Assembly (NCBI GenBank): GCA_035352955.1
Contig: DAOPYQ010000003.1
Coordinates: 140,901 to 204,900, forward strand
DNA from: Candidatus Omnitrophota bacterium
GTDB lineage: Bacteria; Omnitrophota; Omnitrophia; Omnitrophales; Aquincolibacteriaceae
Direction of reading: 5' to 3'
DNA: 64,000 bases
The position numbers and the translations under genes are program-made. This document shows positions 9,941 through 19,700 of the stretch, in pieces. Positions within the stretch are counted from its first letter, which is position 1, and each line of letters begins with the position of its first letter. The notes under the pieces were generated by a model. The model was not told the origin of the DNA. It searched no databases and saw only the letters and a program-made list of their open reading frames with translations.

Positions 9941-10414
9941 TCAGTGCCGCATCTTCTGCCGGACCAGACGGATAAAAAGAAGGAAAACGGCAAGAGCCGC
10001 GCAGACCTCGCAGAAGAACGCCACGACCGGATAGCTCCCGGCGCAATAGAACGGATTGAACGTAAAGGGAAAGAGCGGTTTGAGGTGAGAGTAGACAACG
10101 GAATCCAGAAGAACCGGGATCCAGAAACCAAACAGCGCGCCGGTCCACACACTTCTAAAAGTTGCCGGATAAGGAACTCCCGCAACGGCCATCACAAGGT
10201 TCACGGGACGCCGAAGCAACCAAAGAACACCCGAAAGCGCCGTCGCCCCAACGATCCCTCCGAGGAAGGTATGAAAAAACCCATGCAACCCGAAAAAGAT
10301 GGGCTCGATATCGATCGCAAGAGCGGCGAGCAAAAGGGCCGGCAAGTTTAGAGATCTCGAAAAGATCATTCCCGCCAAACCGTTGGGTCCCAGATGGAGC
10401 GGCGTGAAGGGCAC
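9941..10414 (-). CDS. integral membrane protein (possibly YdjM/DUF457-like membrane-bound hydrolase family)
   Basis: Four to five predicted TM helices. The N-terminus MPFTPLHLG resembles the start of membrane-bound metal-dependent hydrolase families. Assignment is weak. Confidence 0.45.
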   Translation of the reverse strand: MPFTPLHLGPNGLAGMIFSRSLNLPALLLAALAIDIEPIFFGLHGFFHTFLGGIVGATALSGVLWLLRRPVNLVMAVAGVPYPATFRSVWTGALFGFWIPVLLDSVVYSHLKPLFPFTFNPFYCAGSYPVVAFFCEVCAALAVFLLFIRLVRQKMRH

Positions 10415-10428
10415 GTCAGGTCACCGGT

Positions 10429-11229
10429 TCACTCGCGAACCTGGAAGGACGGGAACATGCCTTTAAGCGTCTGGCGCAGATTGGCGGAAATGCCGGATCC
10501 CTGGACCACGACGTCGCGGAGCTCTTTGTCGGGACAATGCTCGCCGCGAAAGGCCTGGAGCACATAGTTCTTGGCGCCCATAGCCGCAAGTTCAATGGCC
10601 GATTCCAAAATCTCATTTTCGGGCAGAATCACCGGATGAACCGTCGTGCGGAACTCATACGGCACGCCGCTTGCGATAAGTGCTTCCGCACTTTTACGCG
10701 GGGCCTCGCCGCTCGCCTTCACCCCCGTGACCTTTTCATACTTTGCGAAGGGCGCTTTGATGTCCATCCCGACCCACCGGCAGAGCGGCAGAACGGACGC
10801 GAGCCGATCCGGGAACATCCCGTTCGTGTGAAGCCCTACCTCGTACCCCCTATCCCGAACCGTTTTCATCCACATCCCAAGCTCGGGATGAACCGTTGGC
10901 TCCCCCCCCGAGAAAACGATACCATCAAGATGGCCTTTGCGAGAATCCAGGAAGTGCAGAATCTTTTCGAGAGGAACCAGCGGACCGCCTTGAGAAGACG
11001 GCATCGGCCAAAATTCGGAGTTGTAGCAGTAGCGACAGCGCCACAGGCAGCCCTGAAGATAGAAAACCCCGGCCAAGCGGCCGGGGAAGTCTATTGTTGT
11101 AAAGGGCGTGATGCCCGCCACGCAAATTGTCTTTAAACCGGTCGCAGCGTCCTTATTTGGACTGGCAGCCGCACCCGGCGGGTTCTTTGAAATACTTCCG
11201 CTCATCAAATTCCCCTTTTTTCCCCACAT
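10429..11229 (-). CDS. nrdG: anaerobic ribonucleoside-triphosphate reductase activating protein (radical SAM)
   Basis: ITPFTTIDFPGRLAGVFYLQGCLWRCRYCYN carries the CxxxCxxC radical-SAM cluster motif in NrdG context, followed by GIVFSGGEP. The true start may be an internal Met (M9 at 11205). The 34-aa N-terminal extension overlaps the upstream small ORF. Confidence 0.85.
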   Translation of the reverse strand: MWGKKGNLMSGSISKNPPGAAASPNKDAATGLKTICVAGITPFTTIDFPGRLAGVFYLQGCLWRCRYCYNSEFWPMPSSQGGPLVPLEKILHFLDSRKGHLDGIVFSGGEPTVHPELGMWMKTVRDRGYEVGLHTNGMFPDRLASVLPLCRWVGMDIKAPFAKYEKVTGVKASGEAPRKSAEALIASGVPYEFRTTVHPVILPENEILESAIELAAMGAKNYVLQAFRGEHCPDKELRDVVVQGSGISANLRQTLKGMFPSFQVRE

Positions 11230-11329
11230 TGAACCCAGAAACCGGACGGTGATACCCCATCACACGCGTCCAGATCTCACAACGCGTTCTTTCTTCATCC
11301 TTCAAAATCACCTGCTCCTTACTTTCCAT
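11153..11329 (-). CDS. stand-alone glycyl-radical domain (NrdD C-terminal-like), 58 aa
   Basis: MESKEQVILKDEERTRCEIWTRVMGYHRPVSGFNVGKKGEF matches the NrdD glycyl-radical loop pattern (T-R-V-x-G-Y ... F-N-x-G-K). Its ATG at 11329-11327 is preceded on the mRNA by TAA-GAAGGAGG-gtgaggggt-ATG. That is the nrdD stop, then a perfect SD, then a 9-nt spacer. Confidence 0.5.
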   Translation of the reverse strand: MESKEQVILKDEERTRCEIWTRVMGYHRPVSGFNVGKKGEFDERKYFKEPAGCGCQSK

Positions 11330-11346
11330 ACCCCTCACCCTCCTTC

Positions 11347-13410
11347 TTAGCTCTGGGACCCCGTCGTCGCACCTGCTTCGACGTTCGTTCCCGTTTGCTC
11401 CTGGATCGTTTTGTTTCGAATAAGTTCCTGATCGCACTTCGGACAATACTCGTGCTCGCCCGGGATATAGCTGTGTTTCGGACAGATCGAAAAGGTCGGC
11501 GTCACCGTAATATACGGTATCCGGTATCCCTCGAGCGCCCGTTTTACAAGCTTCTTACACGCATCCGGGCTCGACACCCGTTCTCCCATATAAAGATGGA
11601 GCACGGTCCCGCCGGTATAGCGACGCTGCAACGCTTCCTGCCGCTCCAACGCTTCGAACGGATCGTCCGTAAAAGCCACCGGCAGCTGGGAAGAATTCGT
11701 ATAGTAAGGACGCTCCGCCGTTCCCGCGTGAAGAATATCCGGGAACCGCTTGATATCCTCTTTCGCAAAACGGTAGGTCGCGCCTTCCGCGGGCGTGGCT
11801 TCCAGGTTGTACAAATTTCCGGTCTCTTCCTGGAACGCGACGATCTTGGCACGGATATAATCGAGGATCTTGAGGCCGAACTCGAAACCCGCGGGCGTGG
11901 TGATATTTTCCTTGTCGCCCGTAAAGTTACGAATGCACTCGTTGATCCCGTTCACGCCAATCGTCGAGAAATGGTTCCGGAGGGTCCCGAGATAACGCTT
12001 CGTGTACGGGAACAGCCCCGCGTCCATATGGCGCTGAATGACCTTGCGCTTGATATCAAGGCTCGCCTTCGCGATCTGGAGAAGCGCGTCGATCCGGTTA
12101 TAAAAAGCTCCCTCGTCCCCTTTTGCAAGGTAACCGATGCGAGCGCAGTTGAGCGTCACAACGCCAAGCGACCCGGTCTGTTCGGCGGAACCGAAGAGCC
12201 CGTTGCCGCGTTTCAGGAGTTCGCGAAGGTCCAATTGCAGACGGCAGCACATGGACCGGATCTGATTCGGCTTGAGATCCGAATTAAGAAAATTCTGGAA
12301 ATACGGAAGCCCGTATTTTGCGGTCATCTCGAAAAGCGGTTCGCAGTTCGGATGGTTCCAGTCGAAGTCCGGAGTAATGTTATAGGTCGGGATCGGGAAC
12401 GTGAACACCCGTCCTTTGGCATCGCCGCGCATCATGACTTCAATATAGGCCTTGTTGATCATGGCCATTTCAGCCTGAAGGTCCCCGTATGTGAAATCCA
12501 TCTCCTTACCACCCACGATCGGATGTTCGTTCCGGAGATCTTCCGGGCAAACCCAATCGAAAGTCACGTTCGTGAAAGGCGTCTGGGTTCCCCACCGGGA
12601 CGGAACGTTCAGGTTATAGATGAACTCCTGGATCGATTGTTTAACATCTTCATAGGGAAGATTGTCGATCCGGATATACGGCGCGAGATACGTATCAAAG
12701 GAAGAGAACGCCTGGGCGCCCGCCCACTCGTTCTGGAGCGTGCCGAGAAAGTTCACCATCTGGCCGACCGCAGAACTCAGGTGTTTCGGCGGTGCCGACT
12801 CAACCTTATCCGGGACCCCGTTAAAACCCTCGCGAAGTAGCGTCTTGAGCGACCAACCGGCGCAGTAGCCGGAAAGCATATCGAGGTCATGCACATGGAT
12901 GTCCCCGTGGCGGTGGGCATTGCCGACTTCTTCGGGATAAACGTGCGCAAGCCAGTAGTTCGCGATCACCTTTCCCGATATATTAAGGATCATCCCGCCA
13001 AGCGAGTAGCCCTGATTGGCATTCGCGTTCACACGCCAATCAAGCTTATAGAGGTATTCGTTCACCGACGAGGTGACATCGACCACGGTCTTCTTATCTT
13101 TCCGCAATTTCTTGTGCTGTTCGCGGTAGACGATATAAGCGCGGGCGGTCTTGAGATGATTGGAGGTGATAAGAACCTGTTCGACGATATCCTGGATCTT
13201 TTCGATGTCGAGAAAGCCCGGAGAATAACGGTTATCAATAACTTTTATAACTTCTAAAGTTAAAAGATGCGATTCCGTGCCGTCATATTCCCCCGTCGCC
13301 TGCCCCGCCTTCAACATCGCGTTGTAGATCTTGACACCGTCGAATGGAACGATGGATCCATCGCGTTTGCGGATGCTGGTGATCTTCCTCGAAAGGAACT
13401 GTTCGGCCAT
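11347..13410 (-). CDS. nrdD: anaerobic ribonucleoside-triphosphate reductase (class III RNR) catalytic subunit, lacking in-frame glycyl-radical motif
   Basis: The N-terminal ATP-cone is SRKITSIRKRDGSIVPFDGVKIYNAM. It shows long NrdD-family homology. The C-terminal Zn-ribbon is ICPKH...CPKCDQ. An SD AAAGGGGAG lies 5 nt upstream of the ATG. The frame ends 27 aa after CPKC without an RVxGY motif. Confidence 0.9.
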   Translation of the reverse strand: MAEQFLSRKITSIRKRDGSIVPFDGVKIYNAMLKAGQATGEYDGTESHLLTLEVIKVIDNRYSPGFLDIEKIQDIVEQVLITSNHLKTARAYIVYREQHKKLRKDKKTVVDVTSSVNEYLYKLDWRVNANANQGYSLGGMILNISGKVIANYWLAHVYPEEVGNAHRHGDIHVHDLDMLSGYCAGWSLKTLLREGFNGVPDKVESAPPKHLSSAVGQMVNFLGTLQNEWAGAQAFSSFDTYLAPYIRIDNLPYEDVKQSIQEFIYNLNVPSRWGTQTPFTNVTFDWVCPEDLRNEHPIVGGKEMDFTYGDLQAEMAMINKAYIEVMMRGDAKGRVFTFPIPTYNITPDFDWNHPNCEPLFEMTAKYGLPYFQNFLNSDLKPNQIRSMCCRLQLDLRELLKRGNGLFGSAEQTGSLGVVTLNCARIGYLAKGDEGAFYNRIDALLQIAKASLDIKRKVIQRHMDAGLFPYTKRYLGTLRNHFSTIGVNGINECIRNFTGDKENITTPAGFEFGLKILDYIRAKIVAFQEETGNLYNLEATPAEGATYRFAKEDIKRFPDILHAGTAERPYYTNSSQLPVAFTDDPFEALERQEALQRRYTGGTVLHLYMGERVSSPDACKKLVKRALEGYRIPYITVTPTFSICPKHSYIPGEHEYCPKCDQELIRNKTIQEQTGTNVEAGATTGSQS

Positions 13411-13493
13411 TATTGCTCCCCTTTCATGGGTTCTTTTCTCCCAGCTATAGCATCGGCCAATTCGCCAGATATTGTAGCTGTTTTTTGCCCCTC

Positions 13494-13509
13494 ATACCAT
13501 ATCTAGTGT
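13494..13509. promoter_or_regulatory. candidate NrdR box upstream of nrdD
   Basis: ATACCATATCTAGTGT matches about 13 of 16 positions of the NrdR-box consensus (acaCwAtATaTwGtgt). It lies about 85 nt upstream of the nrdD ATG. No second box was recognised. Confidence 0.25.
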
Positions 13510-13740
13510 ATAAGGTAACTAAAGAACCAGTTCGTGTCAAAGCGATTTTTTAACTATCTTGGGATGGTTTTGAAGTGAACTATTTTTTTGCGGGCATTTT
13601 TTAGAGAAGACATTTTTTTCTGAATCATCTCCGCGAAAAATTATTTCATTTCCCAACCGCGGGAAATAATATTCTCATTACGGTGAAGATTCAACAGGAT
13701 TTTTTATTTTTTTTCGGAAGGAATCCGCGTTAAAAAAAAA

Positions 13741-14454
13741 TCAGCGGATCGTTGTGGACTTTTGGCGGATCATCCCGACGAGAATGCCCGCGATTTCCTC
13801 GATCGAGACGCGGTCCGTATTCCAAACCACGTCATACAGCAAAGGATCGCGTATATCCTTGTAAAAAAAAGTCTTCACAAGCTCCGCCTTCGCTTTATCT
13901 TTTTCGAGGATAGTTTCGTGCGCCTGTTTTTCGGTCAAATCCAGCGCGCTCATCATGCGCTTAATGCGCGACTCGATCGGAGCTTCGAGACGCACATGAA
14001 TACCATACGGAAGATCGCGCGTAAGAAAGGTGGAACCACGACCTACAAAGATCACTTTCCCATGAAGCGCGAACGTCCGCATAAAATGGAACATCTTTTT
14101 AAGCAAGGCATCCTGGGACTGCGCCCCAAAGAGCAATTGGCTGAGCATATCCTCGGCATGGGAATGATATTCGGTACGCCGCATCGATTCGACAAGATCC
14201 TTGTACGCGGGATCCTGCGCCATCTGGTGGCAGAGCTCCTGATTGCAAAGATGCCAGCCTTCGAACAAGGGTTCTTTGCGAACCTGCTGGATACGTTCCA
14301 TGAGGATAACGGAAAGGGCGTTCCCACCGGCTCCCGCCTGGCGGGAAATGGTTACGAAAGGAAAACAGCCTTTCTGGGGATCGATCTGAGGACCGAATTG
14401 CTCGCGATAATGAAGGCTATCGACAAAAGCCTTGATCTTCTGAATTTCGCTCAT
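13741..14454 (-). CDS. cytidylate kinase-like family protein (PF13189-like P-loop NTPase)
   Basis: The N-terminal FVTISRQAGAGGNALSVILMERI matches the cytidylate-kinase-like family signature. Length is 237 aa. Confidence 0.6.
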   Translation of the reverse strand: MSEIQKIKAFVDSLHYREQFGPQIDPQKGCFPFVTISRQAGAGGNALSVILMERIQQVRKEPLFEGWHLCNQELCHQMAQDPAYKDLVESMRRTEYHSHAEDMLSQLLFGAQSQDALLKKMFHFMRTFALHGKVIFVGRGSTFLTRDLPYGIHVRLEAPIESRIKRMMSALDLTEKQAHETILEKDKAKAELVKTFFYKDIRDPLLYDVVWNTDRVSIEEIAGILVGMIRQKSTTIR

Positions 14455-14574
14455 AGAACCATGCCTTTCTATGAAATCGCCGCGGGCTTGGAAATTCGTT
14501 GAGTCACAAACAACGGTACCGAATCACACGAGCTTCATTTTTTCTCACGCGCTACTCGTTGTTCGCTACTAACA

Positions 14575-16713
14575 TTACTTCAGAATGATGCGAGCGTCAA
14601 TGACCCCCGCACCTTTCCCCTCACCGTAAACCATGAGCGGATTAATGTCGATCTCATCGATCTCCGGATGGTCACAGGAAAGCTGGGAGAGACGTTTCAA
14701 GCATTCGGCGATCGCCTCAAGATCCGCGGGCGGTTCGCCGCGCACGCCCTGGAGCAGTTTGAAAGCCCGGATGCTCTTAATCATATCGGCCGCACTCAGC
14801 TCGCGGATCGGCGCCACGCGGAACGTGACGTCTTTCAGGGCTTCAACGTAGATGCCTCCAAGACCGAACATCAGAATGGGCCCGAAATGAGGGTCACGCT
14901 TCATGCCAAGAATGACCTCGCGGCCCTTCGGTGCCATGCGTTGCATGAACACGCCGTCAATCTTGGCCTTGAGCCTCTCCCCGACCGCCATGATATCCCG
15001 GAAAGAGGTCTGCACATCCTCCGCGGAATTGAGGTTGAGCCGCACGCCGCCCACATCGACCTTGTGGACGATTTGCTGCGAAACAACCTTCATCACGACC
15101 GGAAATCCGATCTTGACGGCCTGTTCCCACGCGTCTTCCGCGGTCCTCACGAAAGCCCAAGGAATAACCGGAAAATCGTACGCACTAAAGATGTCCATCG
15201 ACTGATTGATCGGAAGAAACTTCTGCTTGGCCTTTAAGGCTTTCTCGATCACAAGATCCGCTGCCCGCCGATTCGCCCTGTAGTGTTTCACGGCAGTCCG
15301 GGCACGATGCAACCACTGCTGGTATTTATCCATCGCCGCGAGCACTTTGGCGGCCTCTTCCGGAAATCCATAATGCGGGATCTGATGCTCTTTGAGGACC
15401 TTCACGCCAGCTTCCACGTCGGCGTGCCCCATAAAACAGGTCACGATCGTCTTGTCCGATTCTTTGTCGACATCGAGAATCACTTTCGCTGTAGCCTCAG
15501 CCTCCGTCATCGCCTGCGGCGTCAAAAGAACAAGAACACCGTCGACATTCGGTTCAGCGATCACACATCGGAGCGCGTGCTCATAGCGATCATGCTGGGC
15601 GTCCCCGATTACGTCAATGGGATTTGAAAAATTTGAAGTCGGCGGAAGTTTTTCCTTAAGCTTCGCGACTGTTCCCGCGCTCATCTCCGCCATCTGAAGA
15701 CCCGCTTTCACGCAAGCGTCCGTCGCCATGATCCCGGGGCCTCCGGCGTTCGTCACGATCGCGACCCGATTCCCCTTCATCAGGGGTTGGTTCGCGAACA
15801 CGATTGCAAAATTAAACATCTCCTGGGCTGAATCCATCCGCATCACGCCCGACTGCGTAAACACGGCATCATAGACCTCATCCGCGCCCATAAGCGACCC
15901 GGTATGGGAGCTCGCGGCCTTCGCGCCCTGTGCGGTCCTCCCGGACTTCAAGACAAGGATCGGTTTCGTCTTCGCTCCGTCCCCGGTGATCTCGCGCGCA
16001 AGCTCGATGAACTCATGCCCTTTCACCACGTCTTCAAGGTACATCATGATCACATCGGTATTGGGGTCATCTTTCAGATACTGCAGGATCTCGAGCTCCG
16101 TCACGTCCACCTTGTTGCCGAGACTGATGAATTTTGAAAATCCTATATTTTCGCCGCGCGCATAATCCAAGAGCGCCGTCCCCAGCGCGCCGCTCTGGGA
16201 AATAAACGCAATGTTCCCGGCATTAGGAATGGTCCCGGCAAAACTCGCATTCATCGAAAGTTTTGGATCGTTATTGAGAAGCCCGAGGCAATTCGGCCCC
16301 AGGATTGACATCCCGTACGCATCCGCGATCCGCTTGATCTCCTGTTCGAGCCTGATCCCTTCCCCCCCGATCTCGCGGAACCCCGCGGAGATCACGATCC
16401 CGGCCCTGGCGCCTTTTTTTCCGCATGCCTCAAGCTCCGCGGGCACCGCCGCGCCGGGGATAATAAAGATCGCATGGTCAATCGCTTCAGGAATATCCGC
16501 AACGGTCGGGTAGCACTTCACTCCGAGGATCTCGTCCGCCTTCGGATTGACGGGATAGATCTTCCCCTTATATCCGGTTCCGATGAGATTTTTAAGGATG
16601 GCGTAACCCACAGCCTCCACACGGCGCGAAGCACCAATCACCGCGATCGATTGCGGCTCAAAAAGGGCTTTTAGATCTTTTCGTTTCGGCGCTTCAACGG
16701 CACTGGGACTCAT
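14575..16713 (-). CDS. acetate--CoA ligase (ADP-forming), fused alpha/beta subunits (ACD)
   Basis: The CoA-binding Rossmann N-terminus is SIAVIGASRRVEAVGYAILKNL. A succinyl-CoA-synthetase-like domain follows. A C-terminal ATP-grasp (beta) domain is present. Length 712 aa is typical of fused NDP-forming acetyl-CoA synthetases. Confidence 0.85.
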   Translation of the reverse strand: MSPSAVEAPKRKDLKALFEPQSIAVIGASRRVEAVGYAILKNLIGTGYKGKIYPVNPKADEILGVKCYPTVADIPEAIDHAIFIIPGAAVPAELEACGKKGARAGIVISAGFREIGGEGIRLEQEIKRIADAYGMSILGPNCLGLLNNDPKLSMNASFAGTIPNAGNIAFISQSGALGTALLDYARGENIGFSKFISLGNKVDVTELEILQYLKDDPNTDVIMMYLEDVVKGHEFIELAREITGDGAKTKPILVLKSGRTAQGAKAASSHTGSLMGADEVYDAVFTQSGVMRMDSAQEMFNFAIVFANQPLMKGNRVAIVTNAGGPGIMATDACVKAGLQMAEMSAGTVAKLKEKLPPTSNFSNPIDVIGDAQHDRYEHALRCVIAEPNVDGVLVLLTPQAMTEAEATAKVILDVDKESDKTIVTCFMGHADVEAGVKVLKEHQIPHYGFPEEAAKVLAAMDKYQQWLHRARTAVKHYRANRRAADLVIEKALKAKQKFLPINQSMDIFSAYDFPVIPWAFVRTAEDAWEQAVKIGFPVVMKVVSQQIVHKVDVGGVRLNLNSAEDVQTSFRDIMAVGERLKAKIDGVFMQRMAPKGREVILGMKRDPHFGPILMFGLGGIYVEALKDVTFRVAPIRELSAADMIKSIRAFKLLQGVRGEPPADLEAIAECLKRLSQLSCDHPEIDEIDINPLMVYGEGKGAGVIDARIILK

Positions 16714-16760
16714 AGGATTTCCTTATGGTTAGATGAGTTTTCGGCTACATTACGGATTTA

Positions 16761-19700
16761 TTAAGCGGCCGCGGGCTTCGGAGCTTCGGCCTGGAGCTTC
16801 CCCTGAGCCAAAGACTCGTAGCGTTTCCAACGAGCCGTAACTTTTGTCTGGGCGATCTCGAAGAGCTTCTTCGCCTCTTCGGGCCGGATTTTCGTAAGCA
16901 TCTTGAACCGGTTCTCCTTCATCATGTAATCTGCGACCGGCATCGTCGGGGCCTTCGAATCAAGCACGAGCGGATTCTCGCCTTTTTCAGCGCGCCGGGG
17001 ATCATGCCGATAAAGGATCCATTGGCCGGAAGCGACCGCGGCTTTCTGCTCCTGAAGCCCGTTGATCATATTGATGCCGTGCGCAATGCAATGGCTGTAG
17101 GCGATGATCAGTGACGGCCCGTCGTAGGACTCGGCTTCCTGGATCGCTTTGAGCGCTTGCTGGTCATTAGCGCCCATCGCGATCACCGCGACATAAACAT
17201 TCCCGTACGTCATCGCAATAGCTCCAAGATCCTTTTTCACGCCGGTCTTTCCGCCCATCGCGAACTTCGCGATCGCACCGATCGGCGTCGATTTAGACAT
17301 CTGGCCGCCGGTATTGGAATACACCTCGGTATCCAGCACGAAAACGTTCACGTTCCGGCCGGAGGCCAACACGTGATCAAGTCCGCCGAACCCGATATCG
17401 TACGCCCACCCGTCACCGCCAAAGATCCAAACGCTTTTCTTTACAAGAGTGTCCGCGAGGCTCAAGAGTTGCGAAGCATCAGCGTTCCCCTTCAGGGAAG
17501 CCAGCTTCTTCTTAAGTTCCGCGACACGCTCACGCTGGTCATAAATCTCGGTTTCATTCTGCTGCGAGGCCTTCAGGATCGACTGGACAAAGTCCGCACC
17601 CAACTGGCCTTGGAGCTTCACGAGAAGTTCCGAAGCGTATTCTTTCTGCTTGTCGATCGCCATACGGAAACCAAGACCGAATTCGGCATTGTCCTCAAAC
17701 AGCGAGTTCGACCACGCCGGACCGCGACCGTTGGCATCCTTCGCCCACGGAGTGGTCGGCAGGTTCCCGCCATAGATAGATGAACAACCCGTGGCATTGG
17801 AGATCACCGCGCGATCGCCGTAAAGCTGGGACACAAGCTTCACATACGGCGTCTCACCGCAACCCGCGCAGGCGCCCGAAAATTCAAACAGCGGGCGCAT
17901 CGCCTGTTGCTGGTTGATCATCGAGACCTTGAGTTTGCGCCGGTCATATTCCGGAATCGCAAGGAAATGGTCCCACTTCGGCTTTTCGATGCAACGGAGC
18001 GGCATCTGGGGCTTCATATTGATCGCTTTGACCTTCGGATCCGTCTTGCTCTTGGAGGGACACACCTCCACGCAGAGTCCGCAGCCCGTGCAATCCTCGG
18101 GAGCCGGCTGGATCGTAAACTTCTGCCCCTTAAAATCCGGCATCTTGGCGTCCGCGGATTTGAATCCCTCCGGTGCGCCTTCAAGCTGTTTCGGGTCATA
18201 GATCTTCATACGGATCACGGCATGCGGACACACAAAGCTGCATTTACCGCACTGGATACAGATCTCGGGTTCCCACACAGGGATTTCAAGCGCAATATTG
18301 CGTTTTTCATACTGCGTCGTCGCCGTCGGGAACGTCCCGTCCACCGGCATGACACTCACAGGAAGCTCATCCCCGCGACCTTCCGCGATCACCCCAAGCA
18401 CGTTCTTCACGAAGGCCGGAGCCGAGGAAGTGACCGGCGCCAGACGATGAACCTTGCTGCCCGCGACCGCCGGAACCTTCACTTCATGGAGATGCGCGAG
18501 CGTCATATCCACGGCCTGGAGATTCTGGTTCACGACATCTTCACCCTTTTTCCCGTAGGTCTTGCGGATCGATTTCTTGATTTCCTCGATCGCCCGTTCG
18601 CGCGGCAACACGCCCGAGATCGCAAAAAAGCAGACCTGCATGATCGTGTTGATCCTCATACCCATACCGCTGTCGGCCGCAACCTTGTAGGCATCGATCA
18701 CATGAAACTTGAGTTTCTTATCCAGGATCTGTTTCTGGACCTCGACCGGGATGTTGTTCCAAACTTCTTCCGCACTCCAGGGAGCGTTCAGGAGGAACGT
18801 TCCGCCCGGGATAATGTTCCTCAGCATGTCATACTTTTCGAGGAACACGGTTTGGTGGCACGCGATAAAATCCGCCTTGCTGATCAGGTAGGGAGACCGG
18901 ATCGGCTCGGGACCGAAACGAAGATGCGACACCGTGATCGCACCGGACTTTTTGGAATCGTACACGAAATACCCTTGCGCGTAATTCTCCGTATTCTCCC
19001 CAATGATCTTGATGGAATTCTTGTTCGCGCCGACCGTGCCGTCCGCACCAAGCCCGTAAAAAAGCGCCCGTTTCACCTTGCCGGACTCGATCGAATATTC
19101 CGCGTCATACGCAAGACTGGTATGCGTCACGTCATCGTTGATCCCGATCGTAAAACCGTGTTTGCCTTTGCCGGACGCGAAGGCGTCAAAGATCCCCTTC
19201 ACCATGGCCGGGGTGAATTCCTTGGAAGAAAGTCCGTAGCGGCCGCCGTAGATCTTCGGAGCCTTTTTGAATTTCGACCAGCCGTTCTGGGAAGCTTCCT
19301 GAAGCGCGCTCACGACATCCTGATAAAGCGGCTCACCGATGGAACCCGGTTCTTTGGTCCGGTCAAGAACGATCAGATTCTTGGTGGTTTCGGGAAGGAG
19401 GTTGACGAAACGTTTGATGTCGAAGGGGCGGTACAGTGATACCTTGAGGCATCCGACCTTCGCGCCGGTGGCGGTAAGGGCCTTGACGGTCTCTTCTGCA
19501 ACCTCAACGCCGGACCCCATGACCACGACGACCTGTTCGGCATCTTTCGCCCCCGAGTATTCAAAAAGCTTGTACTGGCGCCCGCTGATCGCGGCAAATT
19601 GGTCCATCGCCTTTTGAACGATATCAGGACACGCGGTATAAAACCGGTTGACCGTTTCACGTCCCTGGAAATAAACGTCCGGATTCTGCGCCGTGCCGCG

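Noticed and set aside
11300-11460. Simple sequencing frameshift as the explanation for the NrdD break
   Set aside because: It is kept as the alternative hypothesis but not preferred. The break coincides with a domain boundary, a TAA stop and a perfect SD with 9-nt spacing to an ATG. It cannot be excluded without reads.
13640-13660. ATTTCCC-aaccgc-GGGAAAT inverted repeat downstream of the cytidylate-kinase-like gene
   Set aside because: It could be a weak terminator or operator. But it has no T-run, it matches no known operator consensus, and it is a single copy. The evidence is too thin to call.
17907-19439. 510-aa plus-strand ORF. Also 7044-8036, 11395-12840, 43266-44645, 44706-45977, 46023-47264, 48868-49740 and 51513-52763 on the plus strand
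   Set aside because: Each lies antisense to a confidently identified minus-strand housekeeping gene (PFOR, PEP-binding protein, nrdD, tal-pgi, hflX, argS, nadE).
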